Shown here piece after piece: positions 1 through 9,473 of a DNA stretch of 64,000 nucleotides (the first letter of the stretch is position 1; each line of letters begins with the position of its first letter). This stretch comes from Myxococcota bacterium (GTDB lineage Bacteria > Myxococcota_A > SURF-8), in assembly GCA_963674735.2 (NCBI GenBank), contig CAXXQS010000001.1, positions 1,408,001-1,472,000 on the forward strand, written 5' to 3'. Below the pieces are notes generated by a model that saw only the letters and a list, made by a program, of their open reading frames with translations, was not told where the DNA came from and searched no databases. A program made the position numbers and the translations under genes.

Positions 1-775
1 TTTCGAAACAACCTTTACGGAATGGCCCTCGGCAGACACCGACCCCCTAAGATTCTATTTCCAACCCGATGGCATATTATCCGAGAACTTGCCCCCGACT
101 GATGGCGGCGCGAGCACTTTTGAGCAGGATCCGGAAGCGGGAGATCGCGTAACCCTCAACAGCGGGTCGGTAAACGTTTTACAGCCGGATTATCTTTATC
201 GTCAGCTCGTTCCGGGAAAAGCAATCAGCTTTATTACCGAGCCGCTTTCGGAGACGCTTGTCATGGCTGGACCGGGTAGCGTGGATATCTGGTTGAAATC
301 AACGGCGAATGATGCGGATTTGGAAGTGAACTTAACCGAGGTCAGACCCGATGGGAAAGAAGTTTATGTCCAAAGCGGTTGGCTGCGCGCCAGCCATCGT
401 ATGCTGATGGATGAAAGTACCGACCTGCGGCCGGTTGTTTCACATTACGAGACGGATATACAACCTCTCGTAGCAAACGAATGGAATGCGATACGAATAG
501 AACTGATGCCGTTTGCTCATATCTTCCGCAAGGACTCACGCATTCGTTTAAGCATAGATACTCCGGGCGACAGTCGAGCTTGGTGGCGGTTTAAACTTTT
601 AGAACACGAAACCATTCCGACACATACTCTTTCGCATCATGGCGAACATGCATCGAGTGTCCTTTTACCTGTGATTCCCGACCTTCAGCCGCCCGAAGAG
701 TTGCCTGACTGCAATTCATTACGCGGCCAACCTTGCCGAGACTATGAAATCTACACAAATACCGAGGTTGATTAG
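1..775 (+). CDS. CocE/NonD-family hydrolase, C-terminal (PepX_C-like) domain; 5'-truncated by the window edge
   Basis: Frame is open from base 2 (FETTFTEWP...FYFQPDG). Motifs 'FITEPLSETLVMAGPGSVDIWLKS...DADLEVNLTEVRPDGKEVYVQSGWLRASHR' and 'FAHIFRKDSRIRLSI' fit the CocE C-terminal domain. Confidence 0.8.
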   Translation, partial: FETTFTEWPSADTDPLRFYFQPDGILSENLPPTDGGASTFEQDPEAGDRVTLNSGSVNVLQPDYLYRQLVPGKAISFITEPLSETLVMAGPGSVDIWLKSTANDADLEVNLTEVRPDGKEVYVQSGWLRASHRMLMDESTDLRPVVSHYETDIQPLVANEWNAIRIELMPFAHIFRKDSRIRLSIDTPGDSRAWWRFKLLEHETIPTHTLSHHGEHASSVLLPVIPDLQPPEELPDCNSLRGQPCRDYEIYTNTEVD

Positions 776-901
776 TCGGTCTTCGCAAAAGGAAGAGAAC
801 TGGAGTGGGTTGAGCGGTTTTGCAAAACAAAAAAGCTGATGATGTTATGAAAACACATCAACGGCTTGAGAAGGTATTGAAGGTTTCGATTGTTGCAAAT
901 G

Positions 902-933
902 AAAAACCCGCACGATAACGCGCGGGTTCTTTT
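902..933 (-). terminator. Intrinsic terminator after the tRNA pair (probably bidirectional)
   Basis: AAAAACCCGC-loop-GCGGGTTCTTTT hairpin with A/T tracts on both sides, immediately 3' of tRNA-Glu. Confidence 0.75.
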
Positions 934-935
934 CG

Positions 936-1010
936 TGGCGACCCCAGGGGGAATTGAACCCCCGCTTTCGGATTGAGAGCCCGACGTCCTAACCACTAGA
1001 CGATGGGGTC
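936..1010 (-). tRNA. tRNA-Glu (anticodon CTC)
   Basis: Reverse complement GACCCCA...TCGGG-CTCTCAA-TCCGA...GGGGG-TTCAATT-CCCCC-TGGGGTC-G-CCA folds into a cloverleaf with encoded CCA. Confidence 0.97.
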
Positions 1011-1018
1011 GAAATAAA

Positions 1019-1092
1019 TGGTTCGGGGACTAGGATTCGAACCTAGATTAACGGGGCCAGAACCCGTCGTCCTGCCATTAGACCATCCCCGA
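1019..1092 (-). tRNA. tRNA-Gln (anticodon CTG)
   Basis: Reverse complement TCGGGGA...ACGGG-TTCTGGC-CCCGT...CTAGG-TTCGAAT-CCTAG-TCCCCGA-A-CCA; U1-A72 pair typical of bacterial tRNA-Gln. Confidence 0.97.
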
Positions 1093-1093
1093 A

Positions 1094-1465
1094 TTATTTC
1101 GATGGTTTCGGTTTCGCGTTTGTCTGGGGGTAGCAAAAAACATAGATTTGCCCGTAAAGGTCCGTGACATTCGCTCCCTTCCAAGCTCCTCGTGCGCCGC
1201 GGTTTTGGTAGTTCACCGCGCGAACGCCCGGAATGGCCATTTCATCGGCACGCTTGACGCCTCCCACTCCTCGGTAGGTCTTTTTGTAATACTTCATGAC
1301 CTTTTCCCAAGAAAGAGAGACCCGGTAGCGATTTTCGTCCACTTTCACGGACTTAGACGGCACTTTGAAGCCCAAACAGGATTCATCCGCCCTCGACTCG
1401 CTCGGAGTCAACGCTAAACCAAGTAAAACAATAAGAGAAAGAACCATTTGGGCTGCAAACTTCAT
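1094..1465 (-). CDS. Small exported basic hypothetical protein
   Basis: 123-aa ORF with a signal peptide (…SESRA|DE), GAGGTG RBS and a Lys/Arg-rich mature region. Confidence 0.75.
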   Translation of the reverse strand: MKFAAQMVLSLIVLLGLALTPSESRADESCLGFKVPSKSVKVDENRYRVSLSWEKVMKYYKKTYRGVGGVKRADEMAIPGVRAVNYQNRGARGAWKGANVTDLYGQIYVFCYPQTNAKPKPSK

Positions 1466-1494
1466 TATGGCAACCTCACCTCTAGCGGGGCAGA

Positions 1495-1523
1495 AAATTA
1501 TCCGATGACTCCCATCTTGTCAA
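1495..1523 (-). promoter_or_regulatory. Sigma70-type promoter for the hypothetical gene-tRNA unit
   Basis: TTGACA (1523-1518), 17-nt spacer, TAATTT (1500-1495) on the minus strand. Confidence 0.5.
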
Positions 1524-1606
1524 GTATTTTTCACAAAATTTCGATTGAATGGAGTCATTTTCTTTTCCTTGTCGAAATTCAGTTCCGTGACTATACTCCG
1601 AACATC

Positions 1607-3316
1607 ATGAAACGACAAGTCAAACCTCATCAAGATTCACAAATACCCGGCAAGGGCCCCTTGCCTTTGTCTTGGGAAATCCTGGCAATCACCGCGATGG
1701 CCTTGGTTATGTTGCCGGTGGTCAATTTCGACTTCGTCTGGGACGACAGTTGGTTGATCGTCAACAACCCGGCCGTTAACGGCGGCTTGGGATGGATCGA
1801 TCTGTGGCTTTCAGATGCTTATCAAGGCTACTATTACCGACCGTTGGTCCTCCTTACTTTTCGTTTCGATTACATAATTGGGTCCGGCAGCCCTCTTCCT
1901 TTTCATGTAACCAACTTGATTTTCAACGCACTTCTTTTAGGTCTGTTTGCTCGTTATCTCGCTTTGCTCGGCTTCAACCGAACGATTCGGCTCGCCGTTC
2001 TTTTAATTTGGGGTATGCATCCCCTGCGCGTTGAAAGCGTCGCCTTCGTCTCGGCACGTGACAACCTGATGCTGGCCATTTTCGCTATTGCGGCTTTGTG
2101 TGCATTCGAACACGCGTTACGTGCACGCAATCAGCGAGAGGTAACAAAGTGGACCGCGATTCTGTCCGTCCTGGTCGGGTTGAGCCTTTTTGTGAAAGAG
2201 CTTGGTGCGTTCATTCCATTGCTCATTCTTTGGCGCTGGGCTTGTGCCCCTTCCCCTAAACCGTCATTTGTGAAGATTTTCATGTATCTGTTAGGTGTCG
2301 CGCCTTTCGCTGTCATTTATGCCTGTTTACGAATCTACGCCTTGCCGGAGGGCTCCGCTGCCTGGCAACCCCATATTCACCTGATGATGCCTCTTCACTT
2401 GTTGGCTCACTATTTGTCGGTAATGTTTTGGCCGGTTGGTCTGATCGCAGATAATTTCGATATCAGCCTCTGGAACAACCATGGCGTTACGATGTGGCGC
2501 TGGACCGGAGAAATTGCATTGACGGCGCTGCTAGCCGCCTTATTTGCCCTATCATGGAAGAAGCATCGAATGGCCGCTTTCGGTTTCGGGTGGTTCGTCC
2601 TGATGTTGGCTCCGGTCTTGAATCTGATCCCGACTCCCGGAAGACTGACATCGGATACCTGGCTGCTGATTCCCAGCGCAGGGCTGGCTATTGCGCTAGG
2701 CTGGGGTCTGAAAAACGGACTATCCCCTTTAAAGCGTCGAGATCTATGGCAATTATTTGTCGGAATCCTGATCGCCATTCCTTTGGCCTCTCTCAGCGCG
2801 CACTATCTTCCTGTCTGGCGAAACAACGACATCCTTTATCGCGACATCATTGAAAAACAGCCGGAAAATCCTCGTCCCTATACCTGGTTGGGGTTTCAAT
2901 CCCTCAGAGAAAGAAAACTGAAAACGGCTCGTTCTCTATTCGAAGGAGGGATTTCCGCCAATCCGAAATTTGGCGATAATCATTTGGGGCTGGCTCTAAC
3001 AAACCTGATGGCGGGAAAAAGCGAAGTGGGCGTTCAAGGGCTCAAGGAGACTTTGCGTATCGAGCCCCACCATGAAGGGGTCACTTACTATCTGGGTCGT
3101 TACTATCTTGAAAACGACAATCCGAGTGAGGCCTTGCGCTGGCTGACACAGGCGCGCGCGCAAGACGCGGCGTATCCCAATCGTTTTCACCTGCTGGCCG
3201 AAGCGTATAAAAGGCTTGGACAAACCGAAATGGAGAAACATTACCTAAACCGTTTCTGCGGTTATCGCCCGACGTCACCTGTTTGCCGCAACCCGATGTC
3301 CCTTTCCGGTAAATAG
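1607..3316 (+). CDS. TMTC-like GT-C fold membrane glycosyltransferase with C-terminal TPR repeats
   Basis: FVWDD, YYRPL, HPLRVESV and KELG motifs; about 10 TM helices; TPR-like C-terminus. Start moved from ORF 1448 to the ATG at 1607. Confidence 0.8.
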   Translation: MKRQVKPHQDSQIPGKGPLPLSWEILAITAMALVMLPVVNFDFVWDDSWLIVNNPAVNGGLGWIDLWLSDAYQGYYYRPLVLLTFRFDYIIGSGSPLPFHVTNLIFNALLLGLFARYLALLGFNRTIRLAVLLIWGMHPLRVESVAFVSARDNLMLAIFAIAALCAFEHALRARNQREVTKWTAILSVLVGLSLFVKELGAFIPLLILWRWACAPSPKPSFVKIFMYLLGVAPFAVIYACLRIYALPEGSAAWQPHIHLMMPLHLLAHYLSVMFWPVGLIADNFDISLWNNHGVTMWRWTGEIALTALLAALFALSWKKHRMAAFGFGWFVLMLAPVLNLIPTPGRLTSDTWLLIPSAGLAIALGWGLKNGLSPLKRRDLWQLFVGILIAIPLASLSAHYLPVWRNNDILYRDIIEKQPENPRPYTWLGFQSLRERKLKTARSLFEGGISANPKFGDNHLGLALTNLMAGKSEVGVQGLKETLRIEPHHEGVTYYLGRYYLENDNPSEALRWLTQARAQDAAYPNRFHLLAEAYKRLGQTEMEKHYLNRFCGYRPTSPVCRNPMSLSGK

Positions 3317-3322
3317 CACCAT

Positions 3323-4204
3323 ATGCCAGCAATCGATTTCCAAAAAGCCCTTGATTTCATCATACAAGCCTTAACCAATACCGGTTTGTTTCTCATGACC
3401 TCCATCTTGCCGGTTGTCCTCTTGTGTGTGCTTTTATTGCTCACTGGCCGTTGGATGAACCGCCGGTTGTATTTCAGTTTCGGCTGGCGTGGTGTATTGG
3501 CTTTGGCTTGGCTGGGAACGCCCGTTCATGAATTTTCGCATCTGGTGGCATGCTGGATCGGACGCAATCGTGTGGAAGGTTTTGCCTTGTTTATGCCGAA
3601 CAGCCAGACCGGATCGCTCGGGTTTGTCAAACACTCCTATCGAAAAGACAGCTTCTATCAACGCGTTATCGGAAACACGTTGATTTCCATTGCGCCCTTT
3701 TTCGGTGGTGCGACAGCCATTTATCTTCTGACGGGCTGGTTATTTCCCGATATTCTTCAAACATTTTCAGATCTGCCTTTTCCAGGCCTGGACGACATCG
3801 ACAGCCGCCGTGAATTTTTAACGACTGTTCTGCATTTCTGGAAGAATCTCGTGGCTTTTTACCTGCACCTTTTTTCCTCCGGGAACATGTCGAGCTGGCC
3901 ATTTTGGGCGTATTTATTCGCTATCATTTCGTTGGCAGCCCACCTAAGCCCCAGCCGCAGCGATTTTGTCGGTTTCTGGGGACCGGTGGTCATCCTTCTC
4001 GCCTTTATTTTCATCGGTCATGTCGTCAGTTTGCTCGCCCATCATTACGGTCTGAAAATCGATCTCGATGTTTCAAGCACGACATCGCTTCTATTGCCGC
4101 TTTTAGGATTGGCCTGGTTGTTCTTGATGATCGGGGCACTCGCGACCTTTTTGGTCACACTTGTGTGGGATTTGCTGATTGGTCCTCATGACGACGGCAT
4201 GTGA
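3323..4204 (+). CDS. Integral membrane zinc metalloprotease-like protein (M50B-like)
   Basis: HEFSH (HExxH) beside a TM helix, IAPFFGG, and distal SPSRSD (putative third ligand); 6 nt after the TMTC-like gene. Confidence 0.65.
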   Translation: MPAIDFQKALDFIIQALTNTGLFLMTSILPVVLLCVLLLLTGRWMNRRLYFSFGWRGVLALAWLGTPVHEFSHLVACWIGRNRVEGFALFMPNSQTGSLGFVKHSYRKDSFYQRVIGNTLISIAPFFGGATAIYLLTGWLFPDILQTFSDLPFPGLDDIDSRREFLTTVLHFWKNLVAFYLHLFSSGNMSSWPFWAYLFAIISLAAHLSPSRSDFVGFWGPVVILLAFIFIGHVVSLLAHHYGLKIDLDVSSTTSLLLPLLGLAWLFLMIGALATFLVTLVWDLLIGPHDDGM

Positions 4205-4209
4205 AATAA

Positions 4210-6084
4210 TTACAAAGAGTTAGCAAGCTCGCGTATGCGGCCGGCATCCGATGCGCGCGGAGCCATTTTGAGATAACGCAGAAAGTAGTTTTTTGCAGGT
4301 TTTTTCTGGTCGAGCTTCAGGTAGGTCAAACCGAGTTTTTTATAAACCGGAGCCGATTTGGAATTATATTTGCGGGCAAGGTTATAGTGCTTCAAAGCCT
4401 GATGGTAATCCTCCGAGCGAAATGCACGATTGCCGTTTTCGTATTCCTCAAGAGCTAATTTTTGCTTTGCTTGCGGGTCGAGCTTCGGTTCCGAGCGTCT
4501 GTTTTTCACGGTCATCTTTCGGATAGGAGCGACGCTTTTTTCGGCTTCCACTTCCGCTTCTTGTTCTAGTTCGGGATCCCCATCTGGAGGTAAAATGGCT
4601 TCGCCTGTCTTTTCGACGGCGGCTGGCTCATCCACTTCATTAATCGCCAACTTGGGATCGGTCGGCCCCGTTTCTTCCGGCGCGCTCCCAAATATCAGCC
4701 ACAGCGAGGCAACGATCACTCCAACCAGTACCACCAGAATCAGGCCTATTTTTCCTGGCGATACACCGGGACTAGACGCGTAATTGTCCGTCGAAAACGA
4801 GCCCGACGCCGTTTCACTGCTTGAAGAGCTCCGTTCATTTGACGAAGCATCCGCACCTTGTGTGATTGGAATGGGATTGTACACGAATTCGTCGGTCGTG
4901 GGCGGTGGCGTGTCATCCGTATCGGTCTGAGCGTTAACTTCCAAGGTTGTGCTGGAAATCGGCGGTAGAGGCGGAAGCCCGGGAGATGAAGACTCCTCGC
5001 CGTAAATCGCTGTTTTTGAAGGGGTCGGTTGGGGCACTACCGACTCGCTCGCCGTTTCCATAACATGTGTGCCGCCCGCTCGATTGACAACACGCCGGGA
5101 AGGCGCCGAGGCTTCGGGATCCGATTCACGTATCGACAGTTCAAGCGAAAGCTTCATGGCATGCGCATCGGGAAATCGCAGATTTCGATCTTTCTGCATC
5201 GCGATTCTCGCCACTTCCTGAAGCTTTGGATGAATATCAAGATCAGGACGACGAGCCGCGGGCGAAATCGCCTCGTCACGAATGTGCATACCCAAAATGG
5301 CTTGGTAGTTATTGGCATCGAACGGAACGAGGCCCGTTAGCAATTCGTAGAGAATGCAACCGGCTGAATAGATGTCGGTTCGCGAATCGAGATCTTTCCC
5401 CATCGCCTGCTCGGGCGACATGTATTCGGGTGTTCCACAAACGATTCCCTGCAAAGTCAACGCAGGCATACTGGAATCGCGTTCCTGCAGTTTGGCGATG
5501 CCGAAATCGAGAACCTTGACGTAGTCCTCCTGTTCGGCGCGACGAATCAGCTTGATATTATCCGGTTTCAGATCGCGGTGGATGATTTTGTTCGAGTGGG
5601 CCTCATGCAATACCGACAAAACCTGAGACAAGATGTGAACGATTCGTTCAGGCGAAAGCGGAAATTCAGTCCGGATTACGTCGGAGAGATCTTTGCCCTC
5701 CAAATACTCCATAACGATGAAGTGGCTGTTGTCGTCCGTTTGGCCGAAGTCGATGATCCCGATGGAATTGGGATGTTCGAGACGCGAAGCCGACCAGGCT
5801 TCTCGCTGAAACCGTTTGACCTGAGTCTCGTTTTGCAGAAGAGTCTTATGCAGGATCTTGATGGCAACCGTTTTGTTGAGGGACAGCTGCTCGGCTTTGT
5901 AGACTTTTCCCATGCCGCCATCGCCGAGATGGTCCAAGACCATGTATTTACCATCGAGAACCAAGCCCATGTACGTATCTTTCCGGGGTCGGTCGTTCTG
6001 CAAGGCAGCCAGGTTTTCACCGCAACCGACACAGAAGCGGGCTTCATCCTCATTCTCTCGTGCACAGCGTGGACATTCGATCAC
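4210..6084 (-). CDS. Hanks-type Ser/Thr kinase: N-terminal zinc ribbon, kinase domain, TM helix, C-terminal TPR
   Basis: CPRC..CVGC, GDGGMGKVY, VAIK, HRDLKPDN, DFG and GTPEYMSPE; GTG start at 6084 preceded by GGAGG. Confidence 0.93.
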   Translation of the reverse strand: MIECPRCARENEDEARFCVGCGENLAALQNDRPRKDTYMGLVLDGKYMVLDHLGDGGMGKVYKAEQLSLNKTVAIKILHKTLLQNETQVKRFQREAWSASRLEHPNSIGIIDFGQTDDNSHFIVMEYLEGKDLSDVIRTEFPLSPERIVHILSQVLSVLHEAHSNKIIHRDLKPDNIKLIRRAEQEDYVKVLDFGIAKLQERDSSMPALTLQGIVCGTPEYMSPEQAMGKDLDSRTDIYSAGCILYELLTGLVPFDANNYQAILGMHIRDEAISPAARRPDLDIHPKLQEVARIAMQKDRNLRFPDAHAMKLSLELSIRESDPEASAPSRRVVNRAGGTHVMETASESVVPQPTPSKTAIYGEESSSPGLPPLPPISSTTLEVNAQTDTDDTPPPTTDEFVYNPIPITQGADASSNERSSSSSETASGSFSTDNYASSPGVSPGKIGLILVVLVGVIVASLWLIFGSAPEETGPTDPKLAINEVDEPAAVEKTGEAILPPDGDPELEQEAEVEAEKSVAPIRKMTVKNRRSEPKLDPQAKQKLALEEYENGNRAFRSEDYHQALKHYNLARKYNSKSAPVYKKLGLTYLKLDQKKPAKNYFLRYLKMAPRASDAGRIRELANSL

Positions 6085-6189
6085 GCGTTCATCCTCCAAA
6101 GGGTTTAGCGACGCTGCCCATTTTACACGGGTAAGCTGGGTTCACAAGTAAAAACCCTTCGTTAACCGTTATCCCCAAAAGGAATCAGA

Positions 6190-7947
6190 CTAGAATCGGA
6201 CGCGGACTTTCCCTTTGACACCCTCGAAAGGTGGAACCCGTCGGCAAAATCCGCCGTAGCAGCGAACGCTTTCACGCACCTGACCGCCGAAAATGGAAAT
6301 CTCGACGATGTCTGAAAACGCGGAGGTGATTTCACCGGCTACGAAATGATTGCTTTCGTCATCTCCGGCGCTTGGAAGAAAATCTTTCGATTGGAAGGTG
6401 TATAACAGGCTGGCGCTGAACCAGTTGACGAACGTATAGCTGAAGGTCAGGTCCAGGTCGTCTTCCAACTGTTTCAACAACTGGTAATCTTTACGCAAAT
6501 AGAATCCTTCGAACCCGAGTACGTGCCCGTGGACAACCGGAGCCGAAACTCCGGCCTTCACGTGGATCAGCTCAAGCAACTCCTGTTTGTCGTCCAGGCT
6601 CCACTCATCGCGGAAACCTGCATCAACAAACAATTCCACCTCGCCGATTGCCTGTGTCAGTCCGGCGTAACCATGCCAGATGCGATCGCCCTGGCGTTCC
6701 GCATCCGGGGAACCGAAACCGCCGAGATTGGTGGTGCCTTGTTCGCTGGTATCGTTGACGGTGTAGTACAAAACCGCGTAAGGCTGAGTGCCCGTCGAAA
6801 CCGCGTTATACTCCGCGCGAAGTCGAAATCCTTGATCGTTTCCGTATACGCGATTGGTTTCGATATCCGTGCGTTCCAGGGTCGGCAGGTTGTGGTAGTA
6901 AACATCTTCGAAGAAATCGAGTCCCTCGGGGATCTCCTGGCCATCTTCCAGAATGTATCCGAGTGGCGCACGGCCACGGCGAAAGAAGAAATCATCGTAG
7001 CGTTTGTATTCGGCTGTTAGAACGAAATTTTCGACGTAAGCCGAGAAGCTGCCGTAAACGCCGGTTCCCGTGTCGCTGACATAGCGGAAATCGTTCAAAC
7101 TCTCCGTGACCTCCCGCCCTTCTCGCCGGATCTGGTTTCCTTCAAGATAAAATGAGGCGTAGCCGAGTATGTCGGGAACATCAATCGACATTCCCAGAAT
7201 CGTTGCCTGATTCTCTCCGACGAAACGTCGGGTGTCGTCGCTTTCGAGCAGGGCAAAGTGGGTGTCGACCAGGTGAAGTCCAAGTGACAGAGTGTCGAAG
7301 AGTCGCTGTTCCAGTCGAACGCCGGCAATCAGGTCGTAGGGGTCTTCCTGCGGCCATTCGTGGGTGGGATCGACATTGATCGTATTGGTCAGGCCGACGA
7401 GAGCCGTTGCCGTTGTATCTTGATAGCGGAATTCGATTTTGGCTCCACGGAGGGTATTGTCGATCTCGCCCTCCCCTTCTTTCCGCATGGCCAAAGCCAA
7501 ACCGCGGCCGAATGTCACGTAATAATCGCCCAGATCCACCCGCAGATTATCGCCATCGTAAACGAGGTAGTATTTCTCGAAACGATAGTCGTTACTGGAT
7601 GCCGGTTGGTGAAAAAGGACCGGTGCGTCTTGCGGCTGTGGCACGACCCTTCGCAGGCGTTCCTGGACAAGAGGATCGGGATAATACAACAGTTCCAAAC
7701 GCATTCCTGCCTGAAAGCGGTTCCATCGTAAATCGGTCTGTAGGATGTTCTTCAGCTTGACGAAGTCGTCCTTCAGCACCAGCGGACCGCCTTCGAATTC
7801 ATGTTGGCGATGCCATTCGGCAACAAAGACATCATCGACCGTCCATGTAAGCGGGCGCTCGCTGTCCTGGAAAAACGTTAATGCTTTTGCGGGCGTAGGC
7901 GCGATAAGCATGCAGAATAAAAGAAACGGAAGAAGCAGGCGGATCAT
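6190..7947 (-). CDS. Outer-membrane beta-barrel protein, DUF6029-like
   Basis: Signal peptide, GDYYVTFGRGLAL motif, alternating beta-strand pattern, C-terminal CYGGFCR…VRVRF ending in Phe. Confidence 0.7.
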   Translation of the reverse strand: MIRLLLPFLLFCMLIAPTPAKALTFFQDSERPLTWTVDDVFVAEWHRQHEFEGGPLVLKDDFVKLKNILQTDLRWNRFQAGMRLELLYYPDPLVQERLRRVVPQPQDAPVLFHQPASSNDYRFEKYYLVYDGDNLRVDLGDYYVTFGRGLALAMRKEGEGEIDNTLRGAKIEFRYQDTTATALVGLTNTINVDPTHEWPQEDPYDLIAGVRLEQRLFDTLSLGLHLVDTHFALLESDDTRRFVGENQATILGMSIDVPDILGYASFYLEGNQIRREGREVTESLNDFRYVSDTGTGVYGSFSAYVENFVLTAEYKRYDDFFFRRGRAPLGYILEDGQEIPEGLDFFEDVYYHNLPTLERTDIETNRVYGNDQGFRLRAEYNAVSTGTQPYAVLYYTVNDTSEQGTTNLGGFGSPDAERQGDRIWHGYAGLTQAIGEVELFVDAGFRDEWSLDDKQELLELIHVKAGVSAPVVHGHVLGFEGFYLRKDYQLLKQLEDDLDLTFSYTFVNWFSASLLYTFQSKDFLPSAGDDESNHFVAGEITSAFSDIVEISIFGGQVRESVRCYGGFCRRVPPFEGVKGKVRVRF

Positions 7948-7951
7948 GGCA

Positions 7952-8536
7952 TTACTCGCCAAGAAGGGCGGCGACCTGCCCTTCGATCTGACTTTGTTCC
8001 CCGGCAAGAAAGCCACGCTGTTCCATGCGCAGTTTTCCTTTTCGATCGATCAAAATAGCGAAGGGAAGAGCCTGACTTGAGTTGTAGCGGTTCAAGACGC
8101 GCATTTCGGGATCGAACAAGACCGGATAGGCCGTTTTGAGAGCGCGGGCCTGTGCCATGGCAACGGACCGCCTTTCGGCTCCATCCACGTTGATGGCGAG
8201 CACCTCGAAACCACGATCGGCATAACGATTTTTAAGATCGTTGAGAAACGTCATCTCCATTTTGCAGGCGTGGCACCAGGTCGCCCAGAACGTCACCCAC
8301 ACGACTTGTCCCTGAAAATCGTTTAACTTGATATTTCGCCCTTTTGTGTCGGGCAACGTAAAGTCAACGGCGGGTCCGGACTCAATGGCTTTTGCACCGG
8401 AATCTTGTGCCGCCACGCCATCGCCGGTTTGTGAATCCGCTCGTACTGATGTTTTGTCTGCCGTACAAGCAAACAGCATTGAAACAACGAGCAAAACCAA
8501 AGCGATTCGCACACCCTTGATCGCCACGATGGACAT
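7952..8536 (-). CDS. TlpA-family thiol-disulfide oxidoreductase lipoprotein
   Basis: Lipobox LFAC; DFTLPD, FWATWCHAC and cis-Pro ALP motifs. Confidence 0.9.
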   Translation of the reverse strand: MSIVAIKGVRIALVLLVVSMLFACTADKTSVRADSQTGDGVAAQDSGAKAIESGPAVDFTLPDTKGRNIKLNDFQGQVVWVTFWATWCHACKMEMTFLNDLKNRYADRGFEVLAINVDGAERRSVAMAQARALKTAYPVLFDPEMRVLNRYNSSQALPFAILIDRKGKLRMEQRGFLAGEQSQIEGQVAALLGE

Positions 8537-8574
8537 TCCGGTTCCTTTCTTTCAAACCTGATAATCGAGTGAAA

Positions 8575-9237
8575 TCAGTTCGATTCGTCGATAATTGCAA
8601 TCAGCCGATCTTTAATGGAAGCCGGGATATCTCCTTCCAGAAGGTACTGAATGCGCATGTCGGCGTCCAAGACGATATTCAACGGCGTCGCGTACTGTCC
8701 CCCGCCAGCCTGAATGGCCGGATGATAATCGAGGAAATGATTGTTGCCATCAACCAGTACCGGAAACGGCAAATCGTATTCTGTTTTCCACGATTCGGCG
8801 AACGCTTGATCGGCCGGTTTCCCGGCATTGTTCTCAAATACGGCTTGAAGAACAACGAGTCCATCCGATTCGAGATCGGTATACCATTCGGCCAATGTGG
8901 GGGTCTCTCGACGGCAGACGGTGCACCAACCGGCAGAATGGTTGATGAGAATGGCCGTAGCGCTACCGAAGTAATCCTTCAGCTCGACGGCATTCCCATC
9001 CGCATCTTGAAGACTGAAATTGGCCATGGTGTCGCCGAGTACATAACCATACGGACCGGCCGGATAATCGCCGCTGTCGCCATCGGGAGTGTCGCCATCC
9101 GAATCGTCTCCATCAGAAACATCGCCGTCGCTGGAGCCTTCCTCGTCATCGTATCCCCCACAAGCAGAGAAAACCAATCCCGATAGGATTACGAACGTTG
9201 TCAGAGAAAGAAGAAGACGAAAGGCCTGGGTTTTCAT
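8575..9237 (-). CDS. TlpA/redoxin-family lipoprotein with acidic DGD-repeat linker
   Basis: Lipobox FSAC; DGD repeats; AGWCTVC; ATP cis-Pro motif. Confidence 0.85.
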   Translation of the reverse strand: MKTQAFRLLLSLTTFVILSGLVFSACGGYDDEEGSSDGDVSDGDDSDGDTPDGDSGDYPAGPYGYVLGDTMANFSLQDADGNAVELKDYFGSATAILINHSAGWCTVCRRETPTLAEWYTDLESDGLVVLQAVFENNAGKPADQAFAESWKTEYDLPFPVLVDGNNHFLDYHPAIQAGGGQYATPLNIVLDADMRIQYLLEGDIPASIKDRLIAIIDESN

Positions 9238-9473
9238 TGTGCGTAATCTCCTTGGAGTTGAATCAGCCTTGCATTCCCGAATAGGAAACGACGGATTTCG
9301 GATGTTAGCACTGCTTGGCGTGGAACGTCAAGTGCACAGATAATATTGGAGAAATGATGATTCACGACTCGTTTCACGAATAATGTTTGCGGAGCCATCA
9401 TCGAAACTTGCGTTTTATCGTGCGACTTCGTAGGATATCCGTGTCGGATAGGTAAAGAGTATAGGAGGCCGAA

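Noticed and set aside
776-1010. tRNA 3' end as a genomic-island attachment site
   Set aside because: No integrase, and no duplicated tRNA 3' fragment noticed in the window.
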